From contig JANJGN010000323.1 in NCBI GenBank assembly GCA_026770705.1, positions 372,001-436,000 of the forward strand: DNA of 64,000 nt, given 5' to 3'. The position numbers were made by a program, and so were the translations under genes. The DNA comes from Isurus oxyrinchus. Lineage: Eukaryota. Below the pieces are notes generated by a model. That model saw nothing but the letters and a program-made list of their open reading frames with translations. It ran no database searches and was not told the DNA's origin. Below are positions 23,801 to 35,435 of this stretch, in pieces; the first letter of the stretch is position 1; every line of letters begins with the position of its first letter.

Positions 23801-25424
23801 AGGATTCTGGGATTTGTGTTCCCATTCATATTTATGGAAGAATATGGAAATTGCAAAGTCTATTACAGACACTCAGATGCATAGAGGCACTCACAGATAC
23901 TCTCTGCCTCTCCAACTCTCTCTCTCCCTTTAAGAAGCTTCCTGAAAGCTAACCCTTCGAACAATCACCGGTCCCAACTCCTCCTTATCTGATTCTGTGT
24001 GATTTTGTTTGTGTATCTGAGAGTAAGAGAGAGGTGGAGAGGTTTAGTTAGAGAATTCCTGCTGGTGAAAAGCTTACATCATTTACTCACCTTTCCAGTG
24101 CACATATTTCCCAGTATGTCCAATGCCCCTGTTTATAATGATGACTGCCTATGTAAACGTCACGCTGTAGTTACATTCTCCCACCAGTGGTGGCATTGTA
24201 GCACTTAATCCTTGTGTTTCCCAGCTTTTCAAGCAACTCCACTTCCCAGTTTGCTACACAAGCTGTGAGTTCATCAGAATTAAATTATTTCTCAAATGAT
24301 AGATTTGATAATTCATTTTATTGAAAACTTCCTCAGTGCCTCCTTGAAGGGTTCACACTCTCTGGGAAGCAGGAATAGGCTGGATGTTGGGGAGGTCATC
24401 TTTTCCCAGAGAGTAGGGATCCTTGAGAATGTGCTGTCAGTGGGTGTGGTAGTTCCTGTTTCTCTGTCGCCTTCAAGAGGGATCTGGAGTGGTTACTGAC
24501 TGGGGGAGAGATCATGGAAGCGGAGAATGATACAGCACAGGAGGAGGCCATTCAGCCCATTGTGCCTGTGCCAGGTCTTTCAATGTTCTATCCAATCAGA
24601 TCCACTAACCACCACTCCACTTTGCCACCATCATCCTCTTTCAAGTGTTTATCCAATTTCCCTTTTGAAAGTTCCTATTGAATCTGCTTCCAGCGCCCTT
24701 TCAGGCAGCACCTTCCAGATCACAACAACTCGCTCTGTCAAAACAAATTCTCCTCATCTCCACCTCCGGTTCGTCAATCTTGTCCCTCTGGTTACCGACC
24801 CTCCTGCCCCTTAAATACATCGATACTGTTCACTTGAACCACTCCCTGTGGGAGCGAGTTCCACATTCTCCCCTCTCTCTGGGTAAAGATTGGAACTGTT
24901 TATTAAGCGGGGGGTGTAAGTCCGTGGGGGAGTCCATCTCGATCCTGCCCGATTCGCACACACGTCTGAGATGGATTTCCACCCTGCACTAAACGTTTCC
25001 AGAATTTTCTACAGCACAATCCTGTACACAGCGATGGAGAGAAACATTGGACAGGGAGTCCAACAGCACAATGATCCATTCTCACCAATGTTCCACGCTA
25101 AGGGGAAAGTTCCGATTGTCCACTCTTAGAGTGTTTCCAATGAAAACATTCATTCCACATTGAATCCCAGTGGATGAGTCAATATTCCAGCAAATGTTGC
25201 AGTGATATGAAGCTTGATTGTTCAGCCAGAGTGAGAGATTGAAAGCGGAGAGTCAGTGATGATTTCTTTCTGTGTGTTCTCTAGACAGTGGAGGAGAGAT
25301 TCTGCACGTGATCCTGATCCTGGGAATACGAGCTGTGATATTCCTTGTGGCTGTGGTTATCACTATCGCTGGAGTCTGTGTCTGGGAGAGACAAACAGTG
25401 AAAGGAAGTCGACAGACTGTTTGA
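20871..25424 (+). CDS. Gene B: two-Ig Siglec-like activating-type receptor, ~281 aa; join(20871-20910,21613-21981,22841-23137,25285-25424)
   Basis: All four exons open and phase-1 compatible with canonical GT-AG. Essential Arg codon at 21918-21920. TM ILHVILILGIRAVIFLVAVVITIAGVCVW with Arg at 25329-25331; tail ERQTVKGSRQTV*. Confidence 0.75.
21613..21981 (+). CDS. Gene B Siglec V-set exon
   Basis: Within ORF 21594-22064; SCVQIPC, GDCSL, DAGPYFFRIE; cag| and G|gtaagt. Confidence 0.92.
22235..22700 (+). mobile_element. Composite repeat insert in the V-C2 intron (SINE + Penelope-terminal fragment), shared by B and C (31410-31880), absent in A
   Basis: Alignment by eye of the three V-C2 introns; tctgatgaagagtcatacggactcgaaacgttaac matches the Penelope terminus at ~18170-18250 in reverse. 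Confidence 0.65.
22841..23137 (+). CDS. Gene B C2-set exon
   Basis: 297 nt, open, ttag| and G|gtaagt. Confidence 0.92.
23461..23613 (+). pseudogene. 3' half of a stalk Ig exon (remnant) in gene B
   Basis: Matches ...MNRTSSNNELWLV...ITVTVE|gtgagt, but the 5' half and native acceptor are missing. Confidence 0.8.
25285..25424 (+). CDS. Gene B TM + short tail exon (TM arginine)
   Basis: ttctctag| phase 1: SGGEILHVILILGIRAVIFLVAVVITIAGVCVWERQTVKGSRQTV*; nearly identical in copy D. Confidence 0.75.
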
Positions 25425-25544
25425 AGCTTTGTACAGCAACAATCTGGTCAGTCAGTGCGGACAAATAACGTGTGATGTTGGGTTAAGTGTAATGAAACTG
25501 GTCAGTGTCCTGGTTAGAATCACCTTCGTATCAGAGAGGCATTC

Positions 25545-26140
25545 CAGCACAGTGGGAGCCCATTCAGCCCATTGAGTCCATGCTGTCTCTCTGTAGAGCA
25601 ATCCAGTCAGTCCCATTCCCCTGCTCTATCCCCGTATCCCTGTGAGTTTATTTCCCCTCAAGTGTCCATCCAATTTCCTTTTGAAATCGTTCATCGTCTC
25701 CACTTCCACCATCCTCGTAGGCAGCGAGTTCCAGCTCATTACCACTCGCTGTGTAAAAAAGTTCCTTCTCAAATCCCCCCTCTGCCCAAAACCTTCAATC
25801 TGTGTCCCCCAGTCCTTGTACCATCAGCTAATGGCAACAGCTTCTCTTTGTCTACCTGATCTAAACCCATCATCATCTTGTACACCTCGATCAGATCCCC
25901 CCTCAATCTCCTTTGCTCCAAGGAGAACAACCCCAGCTTCTCCAACCCAACCTTGTAGCTAAAATCCCTCATCCCTGGACCCATTCTGCTCAATCTCCTC
26001 CCCACCCTCTCAAGGACCCTCACTTCCTTCCCAAAATGAGGAGACCAGAACTGGACACAATACTCTAGCTGTGACCTAACCAGAGCTTTATAAATGTTCA
26101 GCGTAACCTCCCTGTGTTTGTACTCAATTCCTCGATTTAT
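25545..26140 (-). mobile_element. CR1 LINE 3' fragment
   Basis: ORF 25769-26194(-): IYKALVRSQLEYCVQFWSP…RRLRGDLIEVYK. Confidence 0.88.
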
Positions 26141-26500
26141 GAAAAGCTTATTCTTTCCATCAGCACAAACAGCAATTTCCAAGCGGACTCCCATCAGCAG
26201 ACAGAGTGCAATGAAACATCGGCATGCCTGCTTCTTAATGTACGGAGAGAAACCTGGAACGAGAGATTCTCCTTCTTCTCCTCAGCAAGCTGAAACTTTT
26301 CCTTATACCTGGTGCTCCCCAGTCCTGCTGTGTGGACACATCATAACCACGGCATTGTCTGGCTGTGTGCAGCCAACATGGTCGAATAGAAATGAACAGA
26401 AATGTGACGTTGCTAAACTCTGTTCTCTGATTGGAATGTGCTTTCTGAATGCTGCACCTTTTTCATGCTGTGATAGATTGTAAGAAGCATTTGGGTTATG

Positions 26501-26506
26501 AATAAA
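26501..26506 (+). terminator. Candidate polyadenylation signal of gene B
   Basis: AATAAA within a block (~26360-26740) homologous to the 3' UTR of gene C (43425-43590 and 45665-45860). Confidence 0.45.
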
Positions 26507-26859
26507 ATTACATTGATTAACACAAGTGATTAAAATGCTCAGGCTGTTCTGTAGATATTTATAGATTAAAATACTTATTTTGCTGCCAAATTCTTGCCTC
26601 AAAGAAAAGCTTCTTGTTGTCACATTTTCTCTATTATATAAATTCCTGTGCCCATCCTTATAATAGAAATTTCCAATGTAAACATGTCACATTGTAGTTT
26701 CACACTCCTGCCAGTGGTGGTGCCATTCCAAAGCTGTCCTGCTGCACAGACACAGTGAGAAATATTCTCGATGTGTACATGATGTTGTTGTTACACAGAC
26801 ATCAGGCGGAACCTTGGGCAGTGCCTAGAATGCACTTAGGACAGTGCAGACCATGCTCA

Positions 26860-29075
26860 GAACTGACAGTGCAGCGTTTCCTCAGTGCTGACCCTCCGTC
26901 AGTGCAGCGCTCCCTCATTACTGTCTCTCTGACAGTGCTGCACTACCTCATTATTGACCCTTTTCAAGTGCTTCACCCCGTCAGCATTGACCTTCTGACC
27001 GTGCAGGATTCCCTCATGGCTGACACTCTGACAGTGCAACACTCCCTGAATACTGACCCTCTGATACTGTACCCCTCCATCACTAATGACTTTCCAACAG
27101 TTCAGCACTCCCTCGGTACAGACCCTCTGACAGGGCAGCATTCCCTCAGTATTCAAACTCCCACTATGCAGCTGTCCCTCAGTATTCTCACCCCCACAGT
27201 GCAGCACTCCCTCAGTACTCTCCCTCCCACAGTGCAGTACTCCCTCAGTACTCACCCTCCCACAGTGCAGCACTCCCTCAGTACTCACCCTCCCACAGTG
27301 CAGCACTCCCTCAGTACTCACCCTCCCACAGTGCAGTACTCCCTCAGTACTCACCCTCCCACAGTGCAGCACTCCCTCAGTTCTCTCACTCCCACAGTGC
27401 AGCACTCCCTCAGTTCTCTCACTCCCACAGTGCAGCACTCCCTCAGTACTCCCCCTCCCACAGTGCAGCACTCCCTCAGTACTCACCCTCCCACAGTGCA
27501 GCACACCCTCAGTACTCACCCACCCACAGTGCAGCACTCCCTCAGTACTCACCCACCCACAGTGCAGCACTCCCTCAGTTCTCTCACTCCCACAGTGCAG
27601 CACTCCCTCAGTACTCACCCTCCCACAGTGCAGCACTCCCTCAGTTCTCTCACTCCCACAGTGCAGTACTCCCTCAGTACTCACCCTCCCACAGTGCAGC
27701 ACACCCTCAGTACTCACCCTCCCACAGTGCAGCACTCCATCAGTACTCATCCTCCCAAAGTGCAGCACTCCCTCAGTACTCCCCCTCCCACAGTGCAGCA
27801 CTCCCTCAGTACTCACCCTCCCACAGTGCAGCACTCCCTCAGTACTCATCCTCCCAAAGTGCAGCACTCCCTCAGTACTCACCCTCCCACAGTGCAGCAC
27901 ACCCTCAGTACTCACCCTCCCCCAGTGCAGCACTCCCTCAGTACTCACCCTCCCACAGTGCAGTACTCCCTCAGTACTCACCCTCCCACAGTGCAGCACA
28001 CCCTCAGTACTCACCCTCCCACAGTGCAGCACTCCCTCAGTACTCACCCTCCCACAGTGCAGTACTCCCTCAGTACTCACCCTCCCACAGTGCAGCACAC
28101 CCTCAGTACTCACCCTCCCACAGTGCAGCACTCCCTCAGTACTCACCCTCCCACAGTGCAGCACTCCCTCAGTACTCACCCTCCCACAGTGCAGCACTCC
28201 CTCAGTACTCACCCTCCCACAGTGCAGCACATCCTCAGTACTCACCCTCCCACAGTGCAGCACTCCCTCAGTACTCACCCTCCCACTGTGCTGTGTGAGT
28301 TGTTTCAATCAAGACTGGTGCACAAAGAGGGAGGTTTCATTGCTAAATCATTGAAATCGGTGAAAATTATTTTTAGGCTTACGAGAACAAGAATTAGTTC
28401 GTCATATCCTTTCTTTAGCAATAACACACAGTACTAGAATCTCTGTTTAAATAAATTCCAGTTAAACTTTGCCATGAAAGGATATCTTCTCACACTCCGC
28501 TCTCCCTCAGTACTAACCCTCCCACAGTCCGGCACCCCCTCAATACTGACCCTCCAACTGTGCGGAACTCACTCAGTGCAGACCCGCCGACAGTGCAGCA
28601 CTCCCTCATTACTGACCCTCCGACATTGCAGCATTCCTTCACTACTGGCCCTCTGACAGTGCAGCACTCCCACATTACTGACCCTCTGATAGTGCAGCAG
28701 ACCCTCAGTACTGACCCCACTAACAGTGCAGCACTCGCTCAGTACTGACCCTCCCACAGTGCAGCACTCTCTCAGTACTACACTCCTGACAGTGAAGCAC
28801 TCCCTTATTAATGACCCTCTTCCAGTGCAGAACTCCCACATTACTGACACTCTGACAGTGCAGCACTCCCACATTACTGTCCCTCTGACAGTGCAGCACT
28901 CCCTCAGTACTGACCCTCCGACATTGCAGCAATCCTTCACTACTGGCCCTCTGACAGTGCAGCAATCCCACATTACTGACCTTCTGATAGTGCAGCACTC
29001 ACTCAGTACTGACCCTCACACAGTGCAGCACTCCCTCAGTACTATACCCCTGACAGTGCAGCACTCCTTCAGTAA
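26860..29075 (+). repeat. 33-bp minisatellite arrays between B and C
   Basis: 26860-28290 (homogeneous 'actcaccctccca' variant) and 28495-29075. Confidence 0.95.
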
Positions 29076-29295
29076 TGATATCAGGGATTGTCAACATGTA
29101 TCATACGGCCAGAGACCTGTATTGGGAACTCTATCGCCTGCGCTTCAGCCTCTGAGATGAGGGGGAGGGGTCTAATCCCACGGAGCCAATGGAGAAGCTT
29201 GAAGACTACAGCTGCCCAAATATGAGCTGACAGTTCACACATGGTAAACGTTTTGCTGAGAGCACAAAACATCCTCGAACTTCTCACTGATTACC

Positions 29296-29309
29296 CACTT
29301 CCTCATTTT
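29296..29309 (-). promoter_or_regulatory. PU.1/SPI-type ETS site in gene C promoter
   Basis: CACTTCCTCATTTT upstream of putative exon 1. Confidence 0.55.
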
Positions 29310-29349
29310 GTCTCACAGTGACACATCCACCCTTTCTAATTAAACACAC

Positions 29350-29436
29350 AGAGGGAGCAGCACAGGAAGAGGTCATTCAGCCCAAGCAGAGCGTGTGGGC
29401 AGTTCCTCCCCAGGCGAGCAGTCGGACAGGTCCTGG
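29350..29436 (+). other. Gene C putative non-coding exon 1
   Basis: Conserved block ending CTGG|gtaagt; start approximate. Confidence 0.55.
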
Positions 29437-29886
29437 GTAAGTAACGGAACGATTGGAATTCACTTCCACCACCAACACCGTCCTTTGTTGATGTTGTGAC
29501 TTTATAAAGACAGATTCCAATGATTGATGCCTTTGAAAGATTTCTAGTGATTATTGAGATCTGGGTGTGAGACTCAAGTCTGTTGTACAGAACATCTTTC
29601 TAGCTCAAGGGATGAGGGAAGTGCAGAGACATGAGCTTTGGGACATCCTGAGGTGGTGAAAGGTGCTATAGAAATGCAAGTCCTTCCTTGTTTTTCCTTC
29701 TTAAAGCCTTGTAACTCTCTGCAGAGCACCTATCATCCCACAGAGAATCAAATTAGTCTGTGAAGACATTGTCTAAAAGCAGTTCTGATCTCTCGAGAGC
29801 TGTCGGACAAGAGGTGAAGTCTCATTAACTCCTTTCTCTTTCAGAACTTCAGAGTTAGAAGCTGAGGAAATATCTGGGAGTGGACA

Positions 29887-32800
29887 ATGATCGGGAAATC
29901 TTACTTCCTCCTGTCACTTCTCCAAGGTAATACCATTGTCAGCTCGGACAGATTTATGGTTAATAGCCTTTGTAAAAGATCATTCTTATGGAGCTGTGAT
30001 TGGGAACTGATTCAGCAGTGAGCCAGTGTACAAACTCACACCAAGTCCCATTCACCCATCACCCCTAAACTATCTGACTCCTGGTCCTACAACATCTCAA
30101 ACTTAAAATACACATCTCTTTGTTCAAATGCATCCATTGCCTCACACTGCGTCCTTATCTCTGTCACCTCCTGCAACTCTCCCAACCAACGTCCCAGATC
30201 TCTGTGTTACTCCAATTCCGGCCTCTTGACCATCCCTCGATTCCCATCACTCCAATACTGGCGGCCGGGCCTTCAGCTGCCTGGGGCCTGAGCTCTGGAA
30301 TTCATTCCCTAAACCTCGGGGATGGAGGAGCTCAGAGAGTTTCATTTTACTGAAAACCTCCACAACTACATCACAGCTGCAGTGAGAATAGACAGAGAGT
30401 CCAGCCCTCGCACTTCCTGCACAGTTTCACCATAGCAACCACAATAAGGAAGTAAAATAACTGAAAGTTAAACCGAAGCCAAAGCAGTCAGTGTAGAGAG
30501 ATGAGATGTTTACACAGTTTCCCTGTGTGTCTTGTAGACACTGTGTTGGGTAGAAGACTGGCTTCACTAAACAGGGTCCTGAGGACTATGAGCCAATGTA
30601 GAATGAACTTGTCCACTCCTGTGTCCAGGATTCTCTTCCATCCATTATGAAACCCTGGGGAGTTCCATGTGTGTCCTGTAGATGGTCCACACTGCAGCCA
30701 ATGTGCCCCAGTGATGGAGGGAGTGGATATCGAGTCTAGTGGATCTACAAACCATCCAGAGTTAAATATTGATATTTCTCTCCCCAGTTGGACTGTCACA
30801 AGAGTGGAAAGGTGACACTCCACGAGAGGTGACAGCGCAGGAAGGTTCGTGTGTACAGATTCCATGTCATTACAGTTATCCAGCACATTTGGAAAACCAA
30901 CCGCAAGGTGGAGTCTGGTTTAATAATGAGAAACAGATTCCCTGGGCTCCCATTGCCTTTCACTCCAAGGATCACAGTCACGAGTTACCACGGTTCCGCC
31001 ATCGGACCCGGCTGTCTGGAGACCTGAAAGATGACGACTGTTCCCTGATTATTAACAACATCAGACGGGAAGATGCAGGACCTTATTTTTTCAGAATACA
31101 ATTTGACAATGGTCTGAGCCATAACTATTACCCTGTAACCCGGCTTCATGTTTCTGGTAAGTGCTGTGTTATAATTACTCAACAATTCACATTCAACACT
31201 CAATGGGAAATAACACAAACTGTGATGTTTACACAATAACACAAAACACAGCTTATTATAACACATTGTCTGATTCTCAATAACCTGGTGATAGCTTCCA
31301 GTTCAGTCCTAAAGCAACCTCTAATACTCACTTTAATATCAATGATGAAAAGCATTAACTGTATTATTAGGTTATCCACTCCCATCAATCTCTCCTGTCC
31401 TGTTTAAAAGTCTGACTTATCGATAAAAGAAAGATGTGCATTTCTGCAACGCAATTTACCACCTCAGGAGGATCCAAATCCCTTCACAGCCAATGAAATT
31501 ATTCCTGAATTGTAGTCACAGATGTTAAACACAGCAGTCAGTTTGTGCACAGCAAGATCCAACAAACCACAAGGTGATAAATCACCCAGATCACTGAGGA
31601 AATGAGAAGCCAGTGAACTCAAACCTCTGGTCTGATGAAGAGTCATACGGACTCGAAACGTTAACCCTGTCTTCCTCTCCACTGATACTATCAGACCTGC
31701 TGAGTCTTTCCAGCAATTTTTGTTTTTGTTTCAGATTTCCAGCATCCGCAGTATTCTGCTTTTAACTCCAATCTCTGGTCTGAGCCTCTTCTCTCATCCA
31801 GTGTTCTCAATTCACATGTCTCGGAGTGAACGTGTATTAAGCTGAGAGACAGAAACACTACTGCCAAAGAGCAAGAAAATCTTTCCTGATCATTGTAACC
31901 TCTCAGTTCTGATATCATCCTTGTAAAAGTGCTTTCTCTTGTGGGACTGTGATTTCTATTTGAACTGATGCTTCACGTTATATTTCTCTAAAAGGATCCA
32001 TTCTCTGTCTGTTAGATTTCACAGATAAACCCACGATATTCCCTGCTGAAATTATTGCAGGAAAGCGTGTGGATGTAAGCTGCACCTTCAACACAACGTG
32101 CAATGGAACAGCAGCACCTGTCTTAACCTGGGACACTCCCACTGACGTACGTGGATCAGTCTCAAACACTGTAACTCAGCATGGTGTCACTCTGACCTAT
32201 ACTTCTGTTCTGACCCTGATCCCATCACTCAAACACCACGGACACACTCTCAGCTGCAGAGTGAGATTTCCATCTGTTTCATCGGAGCGGACCCTCGTAC
32301 TAACTGTGCAAGGTAAGAACGGACACCCTTCATTCTACATTAGCTAGAAAGCTCTACATAGTACATTGCAAGATCCCACAACTGCATTGTGTTTAGCAAC
32401 AAATCAATAGTCTTTAACTGATACAAATTCACCTTTGACACTGCAGCAGTCCCTGAATACTGATTCTCCAACACTGCAGCACTCCCTCAGTACTGAGTCT
32501 TGTTCACAATGAAATCTTTAATTGTTCTTAGATGCACCACAGAATCTCTCATTTACTTCGCTTGATATGATTAATTCTTCATCGATCAATATAATTGAGG
32601 GGTTCATAACCATCACTGTGGAATGTGAGTTAATGCAAACTTCAACATCACTCACACACACAAACACACACACATGCAGAAACATACACAATCTCAACTC
32701 ACACAAGCACACACACACACACACATGCATAGACAGACACACGTGCGCACACACACACAAACACACATGAGTGCGTGCACACACACAGATCCTTGTTTTA

Positions 32801-35398
32801 CAGAAACATACAGACACAAGCCAACAGACACAAACACACACAAAAACATGTGGGTTCCCTCTCCTCTCCCAGTGCTGCACTGGAGTCTCAGTATCAGCTC
32901 CGAATCTGTGTTGAAGGAAGGTAAACTCCAGATCATCAAGACACTGAACTGCATGGAGCAACCTCCTGAACAGAGAATTGTAGATTTACCCCTCAGTGCT
33001 CCATTGGTCAAATACAATTCATTGCCTTTGAAGCCTTTGTGGACATCCTGAGGATCTGAAAGGGAGTTTCCTGCATTCTAGATGGACACCTCCACTGGTG
33101 GGAGAATGTAACTGCAGTGTGACAGTTTACATAGGCAGTGCCCATTGTAAATGTGAAATAAGTTCTTATCCTGAGGGAATGTACCTGGAAATGCATTCAG
33201 ACATCAGATACAGAGACATGATGCATGGAGTCTTGTTGTGCACTATATTTGCTCATATTAAAATTTTTCTATGTTTATAGATGCACCACGGAATCTCTCA
33301 ATTACTTCTCTTGGTGTGATTAACGCTTCATCGATCGATGTAATTGAGGGGAATTCTGCAGTGATAATCTGCTCTGTCGAGAGCTTCCCAGCTTCTAACC
33401 TGACATGGCGACATCTTAATGTCCCAATGAACAGAACAAATTCCAACAATGAGCTGTGGTTGGTGATTCCTCACGTTACATCCAAGGACACTGGAGACTA
33501 TCAGTGTGTGGCAGAGAATGAACATGGAGCAGTGGAGGGGTTCATAACCATCACTGTGGAACGTGAGTTACTGCAAACTTCAACATCACTCACACACACA
33601 CACACACATACACACACGTGCACACACATACTCATAAACATACACACACATTCACTCATGCACAGAAATATACACAAAGACACACTCACATATGCGCAAA
33701 CACATACACACACGCACACACAGACGCATGCGTGCATACTCACACAAACACACTCACATGTGCAGAAACACAAACACAAACACATACACACACATGAGGT
33801 CCCTATCCTCTCTCAGTGCCGCACTGGAGTCTTGGTATCAGCTCTGATTCTGTGTTGAAGGAAGGTAAACTCCAGATCAGCAAGACCCTGAATTGGATGA
33901 GCAACCTCCTGAACAGAGAATTGTAGATTTATACCTCAGTGCTCCATCAATCAAATACAATTCATTGCCTGTAAATCCCTTGGCAAAATCTTGAGGATGT
34001 GAAAGTTTCTTTCATTCTAGGTGGACAGCACATCTACTGGTGGGAGAATGTAACTGTAGTTTGACTGTTTACATAGGCAGTGCCCATTATAAATTTGACA
34101 GTGGAAGTTATATGGAGGGAAGGTATCTGGAAATGCATACAGACATCAGATACAGAGAGATGATGCATGGAGTCTTGCTGTGCATGCTGCTTGCTCACAT
34201 TAAAAACTTTATTTGTTTTTAGATGCTCCACAGAATCTCTCAATTAATTCTCATGATATGATTAACGCTTCATCGATCAATATAATTGAGCGGAATTCTG
34301 CAGTGATAATCTGCTCTGTCGAGAGCTTCCCAGCTTCTAACCTGACGTGGCGACATCTTAATGTCCCAATGAACAGAACAAGTTCCAACAATGAGCTGTG
34401 GTTGGTGATTCCTCAGGTTACATCCAGGGACACTGGAGACTATCAGTGTGTGGCAGAGAATGAACATGGAGCAGTGGAGGGGTTCATAACCATCACTGTG
34501 GAACGTGAGTTANNNNNNNNNNNNNNNNNNNNNNNNNNNNNNNNNNNNNNNNNNNNNNNNNNNNNNNNNNNNNNNNNNNNNNNNNNNNNNNNNNNNNNNN
34601 NNNNNNNNNNNNNNNNNNNNNNNNNNNNNNNNNNNNNNNNNNNNNNNNNNNNNNNNNNNNNCTCTCAGTGCTGCACTGGAGTCTTGGTATCAGCTCTGAT
34701 TCTGTGTTGAAGGAAGGTGAACTCCAGATCAGCAAGACCCTGAATTGGATGAGCAACTTCCTGAACAGAGAAATGTAGTTTTACTCCTCAGTGCTCCATC
34801 AATCAAATACAATTCACGGGCTTTCAATCCCTTGGAGGCATCTTGAGAGTGTTAAAGGATGTTTGTTTCATTCTGGGTGGACAGCAACTCTGTTGGTGGG
34901 AGAATGCAACTGCAGTGTGACAGTTTACATAGGAAGTGCCCATTATAAATGTGACAGTATTTTTTCCTGAGGGAAGGTACCTGGAAATGCATTCCAATAT
35001 CAGATACAGAGACATGATGCATGGAGTCTTGCTGTGCACTATGCTTGCTCACATTAAAATCTTTATTTGTTTTTAAATGCTCCACAGAATCTCTCAATTA
35101 CTTCTCTTGATATGATTAACGCTTCATCGATCAATATAATTGAGGGGAATTCTGCAGTGATAATCTGCTCTGTCGAGAGCTTCCCAGCTTCTAACCTGAC
35201 GTGGCGACATCTTAATGTCCCAATGAACAGAACAAGTTCCAACAATGAGCTGTGGTTGGTGATTCCTCACGTTACATCCAGGGACACTGGAGACTATCAG
35301 TGTGTGGCAGAGAATGAACATGGAGCAGTGGAGGGATTCATAACCATCACTGTGGAATGTGAGTTAACGCAAACTTCAACATCACTCACATGCACACA

Positions 35399-35435
<37 letters not shown>

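Noticed and set aside
25256-25468. ORF-track protein MMISFCVFSRQW… (also 61445-61657)
   Set aside because: An alternative frame over the TM exon; the phase-1 frame gives the hydrophobic helix.
26755-28437. 560-aa and other long 'mucin-like' ORFs ([11 protein letters not shown] / [11 protein letters not shown] repeats, also 8353-11433)
   Set aside because: Translations of the 33-bp minisatellite, open in several frames and on both strands; no splice signals link them to the genes.
5504-31156. Rearranging Ig/TCR/IgNAR V segments
   Set aside because: The V exons are complete through the G strand, end in splice donors, lack the YxC motif and have no heptamer-nonamer RSS; cacagtg hits come from the minisatellite.
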